Source: the human T2T-CHM13v2.0 reference genome, Homo sapiens. From it: 64,000 nt of DNA. Made by a program: the position numbers and the translations under genes. Shown here piece by piece: positions 42,222 to 54,150 of this stretch; the first letter of the stretch is position 1; every line of letters starts with the position of its first letter. The DNA is taken from assembly GCF_009914755.1 (NCBI RefSeq), contig NC_060937.1, one strand, 5' to 3'. The notes below the pieces were generated by a model, which searched no databases, was not told the origin of the DNA, and was given only the letters and a program-made list of their open reading frames with translations.

Positions 42222-42257
42222 TGTGTGTGTGTATGTGTGTGTGTGTGTGTGTGTGTG
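42222..42257 (+). repeat. (TG)n microsatellite
   Basis: Direct reading; one interruption. Confidence 0.95.
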
Positions 42258-43940
42258 TTTTGCAACAACTATTTTGCCGATAACCCTATAAAAGAAAATT
42301 GGCTGACTCACTTCTGGTTATATTCTTTAAAGTGTCAACCTGTGGATAGGAAATTGGAAATAACTGTATTAGAAGGAAAAAATGTAAAGTAGGAAAAGGG
42401 AGTGCTGGTTAAAAGAGGTGGCTACCCTTGCCAGAAGAGTAAGTCAATAGATTTTCTCTCTTTTCAGATAAGGTATGATTAGCATTCAGACCCAGTGATG
42501 GATACACTCTAGCCCTCTGTGTGAAAACTCTTCTTCTGTCAAGAGATTCAGCTGGGGGAATATTCTGCATAGCCCACCACAGCTGATTGGATTGGGAAAG
42601 GCATCTGGCCATATCTGGTCAGTAGACTATAAGGGGAGCTTAGAACAAAGTCTCTGCCCATGTAGGGAGAACATGGACCAACCTAACCAGCTCTCTCTTA
42701 GAAATCTACACAAGTCAGTATAGAGAAGTTCATATAATTAGTGGCAGCTGTAGAAGATGAAAGTCCATGAGGTAGAGAGGTCATGGTGGACTGTAAGTGA
42801 GCACATGCTATATGTAAGAAGAAACCAAATGGAAACCAGCTGGTAGAGGGAAGATGAGTGAAAGAGACCCAGAGTGAAACAGGTTGAGAGAGAGTAGCTG
42901 GGTCCTATGGATGATTCAGGCCTTTGATGAAAATGGAGGAACTTGTGCCTGCATCCCTCCGGTAGCCTTTGATTTGGTCTGGGGTGGGTTATGTGTCTCT
43001 GAGCTTCTGTGAGGCCTATTTGACATCGATTCAAAACAATGATTCCTGTTTTCTCATTTCTGTGTGTATTCTGACAATAAGATCCATGTTCTCCGAAGAA
43101 ACTTGGAGATTTTTCAATCTCCCTGATTTGTATTAATATCTATAACATTTATTTTAAATAGTAATTTTTCCAGTCAATATTTATTATTTTATTGATTAGC
43201 ATAGGAAGTAGAAAGGGCATGTAAGAAATTTATTTTTGAACATACTTCTACAAATATAAAGGACATAGAGTTTATGCATTCTTCCTTACATTTAGGAGGA
43301 AGTTAATGTTACATACATTCTCTGTGCATGAAGGTGAGCTAAGAGAAAAGACAGCAATCAATATGTTATGATTCTATCTTACCAAATCAAGAATTTCCTT
43401 TAGAGAATTAACCATGTTGCTGATCACCACTTATCAACACTTATACTTATGGGTTGAAATTGTGTTTATTCAGCAAAGTCTAATTTACCCTGCATTGTAA
43501 GTTGAAGGCTTTAGAAGGAACTATTTCCTTCCCAAAGCTAGAGCTCTGCTAAGCTTCACTCTTCATTCTAACTAAGGCAAGACAGTCACAGGTATAATGC
43601 AAGCATGATAGAGATATGCTTTCATTCTTTTGGGTTAGGGAGGAAATAGAGCAAGTGGCTGAGAATAGAGATGTTGATTCAAAACCCAGCTCTATTACTT
43701 ACTATGTGTGAGCTTGGATAGGTTAATCTCTAGTTTCCTTATATAGAACATGGAGATGATGATAATATCCACTGTATAGTGCTGGTATTGTAAGGATATA
43801 TTAAAATATCTAACATAATACTTGACATTTACTAAGGGCTCAAATAAATAGATGTGATGGTAGTAGTAGTGTAGTAGTATATGTTGTTGTGGTTGTTGTG
43901 TTTGTGGTAATTATTGTTGCTGTTGTTGGATGGTAGTGTC

Positions 43941-44125
43941 CAGGGATTAGCTAACTATATAGTCCAGGCTCAAATCTGACCCAGAGTTTGTTTTTGTAAA
44001 TAAAGTTTTATTGGAACATAGTCACATTCACTCATTTGCTTATTGTCTATGGCTGTTTTCACACCACAACAGAACCTAAAACATGTACTATTTGGCTCCT
44101 TATAGAAAATATTTTCTGATCTTTA
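43941..44125. mobile_element. MER58A-like MITE (flanked by MIRs at about 43655-43855 and 44170-44320)
   Basis: TTTTTGTAAATAAAGTTTTATTGGAACA...TATTGTCTATGGCTG. Confidence 0.8.
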
Positions 44126-46790
44126 GCACAGTGGAAATTAGAAACAGTAAAAGCTTATCATTTATATAGTCATGCTTGAGTTCCGATTCTTCTCCTTAGC
44201 TTGGTGGAATTGGTCAAATTTACCTTTGAGACTCAGTTTCCTCTATGGTTACTATGAGACATAGACACATTATTGTGATTAAATGTGTGAAATTAGCACA
44301 AAATTGTTGCTCAATAAGTATCAACTTCAGTGTCTTCCTTTGACATTCCTTCTGGTTTCCTTGTTGTAGTAAGAGAAATAGGTTGGATGTTTCTGGATTT
44401 AATCTCGCTGTTTCAAAAAATGTGAAAACATTGCTGGTTTATGCTTTATATATACATTATTGCCTACTACAAGTGGCTAGCTGTACTTTGCTCAAATTCT
44501 TAGAACCAAGTAGGACCACTCAAAGCTATTAGCAAAAGAAGCTGGTATTTAAGTCAAATAAAAAATATGCTCATTTAAGGCAGAAATAGTTATTTTGTCT
44601 TTCAAAGTTATTAAAGCAAATTTCTCAAAGCAGAATGTTATATAAATGTACTAATAGTTTCAATATTTTATTTATTATGCTTCATATAGATTGAAGTAAG
44701 TTGATATTTGCATCATGACAGTGATAATAATTCTAAGTTAGAGAAGATTTTTTTTCTTTATGAGTGGTTCCAATAGGTTTTCAGACTTAGGTCTATCTGG
44801 TGGAGAGGAGCTGGACAAAAAGTGTGTCATAGCTTCCACATTCTATTTTAGAGAAGTGTAGGAATAATTAATCATAGTCAAGTTCTCTGGTGATTATATT
44901 AGAGGAATAAATGTAGTGTTACATTTTCATGCAAATCAATCTTCTTGTTCTTCAGTCTTGGAAATGTTTAGTTGTTTTAATTTTGTCATACTTGTAATCA
45001 CTTGTGAATAACATTTCCTATTTTTCTGCTAATTTGGAAAAAACCCCACCATCTTGTCTCTAGAAATTAAAGACTAATAAATGTATCCCCTTTTCAGAGT
45101 ATCAGAGAGATACATCATTACATGTGTACATGCTGAACACATTTGTTTTTATATTTACTATTGTTTATTTTTTTCATTTCCTTTTTCGTCTTCTTAAAAA
45201 TTCTTCTTGGATTGCTTATCTATGTTGACTAATTCCCATCTTTTAGATATTCTTCTTTATACACCCCATTGTGATCCTAGGTCTTAGAATGCAGAACTTT
45301 AACAATGGAGCCTGGAGATAGTGATATTGAACATTCTATCTAATTTTCATTTTTTCCTCATAAAACTAATTTTAAAATTCTATATTCTTAACACTTTTGC
45401 CATTGGCCCACACAACTTTGCTTTTCACCAGTGTCTAAAGTGGCTGAAACATCAGCATCGGGTGGTGGCAATGCCTTGAGGGATATCTTATCATATGCAG
45501 CATGGCATCTCTGGGTAGGCGTGTTAAGTTATCCTATATTACTTAGGCTAATTTGTGACAAAGTTGGTAGGCTCAATGAAATAAACAAACATTTTGTAAA
45601 GAGGTAGAATAATCTCCCCACCCAGTATCTTATTCAAGTTTTTTAAAAGAGTAATTCCATCCCTAGACTTCCCACACTTAGTGGTCTTACATAAAACATA
45701 CACATAGCAGACCCTCACTAGCAAACCTATTAAGAGAATAAATGAGTTTGCAGCACTAGTTGCTCAACCCAATTTGAGTATAGTTTTTGCTTATGTCACA
45801 CACTGAACACACAGTTAAATAAACTTTTACTTCTTCCCTCTCTAATGCTGTTGGCTCCCTCAGAGCATCTCCTGCATAAATAACCTGCACCTGAGTCTTA
45901 ACTCTGCTCTTAGGGTCACCCTAACTAAGACAAGATTATCTGAATAATGGCATATTACTTTTCAATATCTGAAATAAGTGTAGGACAGGAAGTACAAATT
46001 GTGCTGTTTTTCTAGAAGACAGAATAAATACTTTTTTAAGGTCTCATAATCTCAATTATAAATGAAAACTTAAGTGACCTTGGCATACTGTCAATGTAAA
46101 TCTAGCTTTTAAAAAAGAGATCTTCTCTGCGCCATGAATTCTAAATCTATCTGGGCTTTTTAATTTTAACCCTTCAGGGAAATTGAACTCAAATAGTAGG
46201 AGCACTTGTTCTTCAGGAAGCCTGAGGGTTATTAAAAAGGCCAATCCAAAATATTGTAGTAGCTATGAAACTGCAGAAGAGAGCCCAACTGTGAGGAAAA
46301 TGCCAATGTACAAACATTTATGTTGATATTTGCCTCCTGGGCTCATATCTTAGAAACTTCTTAGATACTTAGCAATTTGATTTATCTCATCCCATATAAA
46401 AGATAAAGTTGTCATTTATTTGAAATCCATCTAGAGAATTTAAGAAAACATGAGGGTTCTGCATTCCAGATTATCCTTGGCACCTGAAGCAGTGCCTTGG
46501 TTCAACAAGGCCTTGTCTGGACTCTCTAGTGTTCAGATAAGCATAGACATAGAAGAGACTCCTTGCTGAGATAATTGACCCTAAGTCCCTTATTATATGC
46601 TTCAAGGAGGAAAAACTCAGATTCGTCCAAGGTCAGACAACAGCAGCAGGCTGGACCTCGGTTTCCTGTCTGTCTTCTGCTGTGACTGGGCCACATGAAA
46701 AAAGGTTCCAATTGGGTATGAAGACTTCCCATAAAACGCTGGCTCAGATGGACATACTGGTGTTAATATCAAAAAAGAAGGTCAGAGTTG

Positions 46791-47092
46791 GGCCGGGCAT
46801 GGTGGCTCACGCCTGTAATCCCAGCACTTTGGGAGGCCGAGGCGAGGGGATCACAAGGTCAGGAGTTCAAGACCAGCCTGACCAACATGGTGAAACCCCA
46901 CCTCTACTAAAAATACAAAAAATTAGCCAGGCGTGGTGGTGCGCACCTGTAATCCCTGCTACTAAGGAGGCTGAGGCAGGAGAATTGCTTGAACCCTGGG
47001 AGGCGGAGGTCACAGTGAGCTGAGATCACACCATTGCACTCCAGCCTGGGTGATACAGCAGGACTCCACCTCAAAAGAAAAAAAAAAAAAAA
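46791..47092 (+). mobile_element. AluS, full length
   Basis: GGCCGGGCATGGTGGCTCACGCC start, two arms, A-tail. Confidence 0.95.
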
Positions 47093-47829
47093 GAAAGAGT
47101 TAAGACTGGTGTGTAAACCATTAAGGAAAAAATTTTTAAAAATTTTGTTTTAGCAAGCCGCATGCCAAAATAATCAGAAATTCACAAAGAAGTCTTGTCT
47201 CATTGCATATTTGCTGGGACAAATGCATCATTAATGTTCTTAGTTTAGAATGAAATCTTCAAAGTCTTGAATGTTTCTTTCAAAATCATCATTATTATTG
47301 TGGATTAAATTCAATATTAAGTTATAAAACTTTATATAAGTTATGAAGTGTTTGAAGATACTTGTTTTTTTGTTGTTGTTGTTGGTCATTTCAGGGATAC
47401 CAAGAAAACATTTCTTGTCCCCAAATTTTCTTCTCACTTGTCTCCTTGATGCCTAACATTTTTCCTTTGATTTCTGCCTTTTGGGTTTTCATCATGGTGG
47501 GCTGCTGAAGAGATGTCAATGATACACAATGGCATATCAGCTTCAGTTACTTAGTAGTAGTCTTCCAGAGAGTTGACACCCAAGGGAATGGCATATGGGA
47601 TGGAAAGTTTTTATGTAAGTCATAAGAGAGAGCACCAAAGAAGGGAGATCTGCATTAAGGTGGGGACAAAGCAGAAGTAAATTTTTTGAAAAAGAGAAAC
47701 ACCAAGAGAGTAGCAGAAGCTGCTGAATTATAATATTGCCTATCCCACAGTTTTGGCTAGAATTTGCTCTGATGGCTAATAATTTACAGAGGCTTTGGAG
47801 TTGTTCCTTTTTACTAACACACTGATTAC

Positions 47830-48295
47830 ATTTACATGGTGTTTTACAAGTTATCAAGCACAGCCATAGGCATGATCTTATCTAAATTACTCTGTCAGTT
47901 AGCCAGGATGGGTACCAGCAGCTCCATTTTACAGACAGTGAAATCAAGGCCCAGAGTTGTTAAGAGACTGGTTCCAACTCACATAAGCAGTGAATGGAGA
48001 AGCCAACATGGGAACTCTCCTATTGTGGTTTTGACAGGTGATCTTTCCCCTGCACTGCATGAGGTTGGGAAAATATTTTATGCTTTGGAGTCAGATGACC
48101 CAGGCTTAAACTTGCCAATTTTCTTGCCAGCAGTGTGACTTTAAATATGTTACTAACTACTCTGAATCTCTGTTTCTTCATCTGTAAAAAAGAAAAATAA
48201 TTCTACCTTGTCAGATTGTTGTGAAAATTCCATTTGGTGAAGCAAGGAAAGCAACCAGCTTAATGCTTGGCACACAGTAGGCACTCAATATACTT
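47830..48295. mobile_element. Two MIRs in opposite orientation (minus about 47830-48030; plus about 48050-48295)
   Basis: CCATTTTACAGA core versus TTCATCTGTAAAA core. Confidence 0.75.
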
Positions 48296-48754
48296 TCCCT
48301 GCAGTTAAAGATGAAATGATGAATGAGGGTAACTGTTAAATGACACCATGCCTCCTTGGTTTACTTTAATTCCTGAAATGATCTCCTGTGAAAGAGAGAG
48401 AGTGTGTGTGCATATGTTAATGCATCTGTGCGTGTGCACACCTGTGTGCATGTCCTGGTGTACACCACACGCACCTGTGCACATCTCTTAGGGCACTGAA
48501 GTTGTTCTCTATGTTCTTAGGCTTCGTGGAACCAGACATAGTGATCAAACATGGAGCATATTTCTACTGCAGATAACTAGAAACTGGATCATGGCGATAA
48601 AGCTAATCCAACTGGATGGATCCTAGCTCTGTGACATGGCTGACTTCCAGAAGCACAGGCTTTTTTGCTCTCGAATATCAGGATGATACCTGGAGTTCTG
48701 AGTCTGATGACCTGGAAGATTTGGGGTAATTCCGTTTAGTAGACACAGCTATGG

Positions 48755-48797
48755 ACTCACACAAAATTCATTCATTTTTGAGTCTACTTTATTTACA
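48755..48797 (-). terminator. Distal HTR2A polyadenylation signal with downstream GU/U-rich element
   Basis: TGTAAATAAA at 48788-48797, followed about 25-35 nt later by TTTTGTGTG on the minus strand. Confidence 0.7.
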
Positions 48798-51700
48798 GTT
48801 ATTTATCCTTTCTTGAAAACTTTTAGCATCGCCTTGATTAAAATAAGTTCATAAAATAATCTTCACTGTATTTGTTACATATGGCACAGAATAATTTAGC
48901 ACTTTATAAATATGTCTCATTGATGCACAAATGGGAGGAGCACCCTTTGCTGAAAGCAGTACAGTGACTTAGTTCAATTTGGCTACGGTAGCACTTTAAA
49001 AAATTACCATGAGATGGCGCTGTGGCCAAGTAAATGCAGTATGCTTTAAACAGTTTTCCCTAATTATGGCAGTTAATTGCTTTTTTTTGAATATAGAGGA
49101 ATCTATCATTCAACTTAAAGTAGAGCAAGGTTTGTTACTCCGTTTTAATAGTATTCATTAAAAGTGAATCCTTTAATCACAGATCCATAAATCATTTGAC
49201 AACTGTGTTTCACTTAGGTGTGAGTCTGTTTAAAAAGCCATAGTAGTCAGAAAATTGCCAGACTAAACAAAGGGCCCAAAGGTACCATTTTATTTAGGAT
49301 CAAGAAACTATATATGTGGACCATTGTTTTCGCCATCCTCATAGACTTGTCTTAAAGTTCTTCCACAAAATTAGATTAATTTCCAGTTTATTTAAAGAGC
49401 TGATATTTTTGTTACACTTTAATCTGCTTTGCAGCAATGGAAGGTCATAGAAATATTAGAACATGAATTCACATTTAAATAAACATGATACAAACATGCA
49501 CACATGTGTATATACTGAGTGTTTTCATTGACTTGCTTTTCGTCCATATAAATATATAAATATTGAATAAAGTGCATGAGAACATGTCTGTACATATATA
49601 CAGCTACACATTTGCCTATACAGTATACACTTGAATAGATACTTATGGAAGAAAAAAACACATACACATTTGTAATATATAGGTAGTCAAAAGACATCTA
49701 TCAGGCAACATTAATGTACATTCTGATCAAGATTGAGTATATGGGGGTAGAATCTGTAATCTTTTCCCTAATATATAATGAAATGTGCAGAGTTACAAGT
49801 GAAGGCAAAATACATTAGAGTGGAGACATTTTAACATTTATATTTTCATCAGTTAGTATGGTATATCATAAGGAGTAGTTCAGTTCAAATGCAGCCTTGG
49901 TACTAGCAGCATATTATACATTCTATCTTTGAAACAGTGAACCATCTTTCAACATATCTATGAGGACATAATGAGAATTTTATGCATTTCCAAATTACAC
50001 AATGACACTTCCCACATTCTTTAGTTTTCAAATCTGTATTTTTTTCCCAAAGGTTTAGGGCAAACACTATTTCTCATTCAATAGAAATGCTTCAGCATTG
50101 TAATCATATATATAACATTGATTCTAATAACAACATGCAATTTAACCTTGAGTGTTATAATATCAAGGTGGATTAACTGTTGTTAATCTCTTTTTCTCTT
50201 TAGTAACCATTTCAATGAAATATTATAATATCTGCTTTTCTATTAGGGAGCCCAGTGTCAATGAGTAATACTGAAATGAGTGAGTTTTTGGAGAAATAGA
50301 AGAAAAATTTTGCTCAAAACTATGGTAGTTATAAACTGGCTTGAGATTGAGGTGCGTATTTCTAAATTAATTGCAATGTTAAGCCTCAAGTGATATTTTC
50401 CCCCTCCTTTATTTGTTTGGTGTTTATTGGTAACCAATCAGGAAAACTTATTTTTAAAACTACTCTCACAGTTGAAACAAACTTGTTTCTGAACCAGGTA
50501 AGAAGGAAATAAGTTGAAATGATTCTAAAAATAAGTCTGTATATATTTTTTGACTAAGACCATTTCAGTTTAGTCATTTTCTTTTTTTCTTTCTTTTTTT
50601 TTGTGATAGGGTCTCACTCTGTTGCCCAGGAGGAAATGGCAGTGGTGTGAACTTGGCTCACTGCAGCCTTGAGCTTCTGGGCTCAAGTGATCCTTGCGTC
50701 TCAGCCTCCCCTGTAGCTGGGACCACAGTTGTGTGCCACAAGGATCAGATAATTTTTTGATTTTTTTTGTAGAGACAGGGAGGTCTCACTTTGTTACCCA
50801 GGTTGGTCTCAAACTCTTGGCCTCAAGTGATCCTCCCATCTCAGCCTCCCAAAGTGCTAGGATTACATGCACGAGCCTCCGTGCCTGGCCGAGCCATTTC
50901 GTTTGAAGGCAAGGATTTTGTTTTAATTATTTTTATATTTCTCATATCTAGAAATTTGCTTCACACATAAATGTACACTCAATAGATGATTGTGGAACCA
51001 AGCAGAATGGTTTTAATAAATAGTATAAACCGATGGATCTGAAAGCATCAGTTTACCTGATGAGTGTCATAGGAAAGTCACCTGCTTTTTACAGAGATGT
51101 CCTAGGACTCTACCACTGTCAGTAGCCGGAAACCTGAGTTCATCCTCAATCCTGACACAGTTACATCAATATACATTTACTGCTCAAAAGAGTGCATGCA
51201 TGATGCAGTCATTTCACAGCAAGTTACCAAATACCTCGATAGTGCTGTTTTAGAGAAGCAATTGCTAGAAAGGCATTTGGTAATGTTAAATCATCCTTTT
51301 GCTAGTTTACCTAGAGGAACAAATATTAAACAAGACCACACTGGAAATTCAGAGTAAAGCACAAGAAGTAGAAGAGAAAGCAGCAATAGTTATTGAATAA
51401 CATTTGAAGTCTTTTTCACTTCTGAGAATTAACTTGAAATGCAGCAAATGCCAGCAACCTTGTGAATATTTCAAAATGGTATCTATGAAAAAGCAGGAAT
51501 GAAAAATGTTGTCAAGTATTTCATTTAATTATCTTAGCAATACAGATTTTATAACACTGACCTTAGTGGCTTTTTTTTTCTCCTTTCAAAATATATACCA
51601 TAGTAAGTTTTAAAGATAATTTTTAAGAGGCCATTATATTCAATAAAATTTTCACTATTTATAGCTATTTTTATTTACAGCAATAGGTAACCAACTCAAT

Positions 51701-52061
51701 CCCATGTCATCAATGAACAGCATAGCAGCAAGGTTTCCACTTGAAAATAGAAGTTAATTTAGATTTACTTAGGGCTTCATAATTATACAATAAAAGTGAA
51801 TCATTTTAAAGACATATCATTTACAATGTTATAAATAAGTATCAGAAAGCTCACAGCTGAAATGCTGTCAGAACATTTTCCAAGCACACATTTTGTAGCA
51901 TTGAACCCCGCTTTTCATTGACAGAATAAAATGAGGCATACAGATATGATCGTTGGTTCCACTAGACTTGTCTAATTTTTTCCAATCTCATATTTTTTTT
52001 TTTCCAGATAGGTGAAAACTTGCTCAGTGTGCCTTCCACAGTTGCCACGGCAACTAGCCTA
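48770..52061 (-). other. HTR2A: HTR2A 3' UTR (long form)
   Basis: AU-rich and largely repeat-free after the stop codon. AATAAA (minus) at 51670-51675, 50423-50428, 50408-50413 and 48788-48793; the 3' end is inferred from the last of these. Confidence 0.75.
50577..50890 (-). mobile_element. AluJ inside the HTR2A 3' UTR, sense to the mRNA
   Basis: Two arms; T-tail at 50577-50602 on the + strand. Confidence 0.93.
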
Positions 52062-52892
<831 letters not shown>

Positions 52893-53781
52893 TTATTAAG
52901 GAATTAAGTATATGAAGGCAAGAGCATCATCACATAATATTGGCTATTGAAAAGATTTTATATCATCGTTTAAAAGCTTAACATACTTTGAGAATTTAAA
53001 ATTCCTTTGGACTTACATATGTGTTTTGTAAGTATATATTATGTAGTTACTTGTATGTTATATTGCCCTATATAGCTAACCCTTATAAAGAAGTATAATA
53101 AATCTAGCTTTATTTTTTATGCCACATTTTTCTGATTATAATATTATACTTATTAATTGAAGAAACACACAGAGAGGCAAATAAACTAAAAATTGTCCAA
53201 TAACGTCACCATCTAGAGATAGCCACAATTAACAACTGATGCTGTTCATTTTATTTATTTATATATTTATTTATTTTTGTCTATGAAAATCTAGAATATA
53301 GATTTGTTTCTTTTTTTGATGCTGTTCATTTTAGATACATTCACACACTTACCATGTGCACACATTTTAAAACAGAATTGAGGTTCTTTTTCACAAATAG
53401 TTCTGTATCTTTTTTAAAAAATCTAATAATATGTCACAAGCATGGCTTATATATAAAAATAACTATAAAATTTTAAATATAGTTTATTTTCTCTCTAGAA
53501 AATTTGGGAGGTACAAAAATGTAACAATGAATAAAGAAAAATAATATGTATTCTCACCAGTCAGGGGCAACCATAATTTACATTTGCATCATTTCTTCTT
53601 CCACTTACATGTACATATAAAAGCAAATGTGTATATGCAGTACTTTACATGCAGTACTTTGTACCTTATATGTTTTAGATCTTCCTATTCCATTTAACAT
53701 TATAAATCATGATAATTGCACATAAAATATTTTTGAGAAATACAATTTTCTAATATTAATTTAAAATAACCAATTTTAATT

Positions 53782-54150
53782 CTTTTTAAAAAAGCTTTTA
53801 TTATGGGACATTTTTAACATACACACAACTAACAAACCAAAAACCAAACCCAGTACAGTGAACTCGTCACCCAGCTTCAAAGATTATCAGCTCAAGCCCA
53901 ATCTTGTTTCATCCATATGTCCTCTGGCTGCCATCCCTCCCATGTTATTATGAAGCAAATCCTAGACATCATGTCATTCAATCTGAAAATATTTATTACG
54001 TAGATCTAAAAGCCATGCACTCTTAGACAAACCTAATATTTTCACAATACCATTCTCACTCCTAAATAGAAGTTTAATATTTCCTTAATATTAAATGTAG
54101 AGTTAGTGTTCAAATTTCCAATTGTCCCATAAAGGTTGTTCTATGTTTTT
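53782..54150 (-). mobile_element. L1MC-like 3' end
   Basis: TTTTATTATGG...TCACCCAGCTTCAA...CAATCTTGTTTCATC. Confidence 0.7.
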
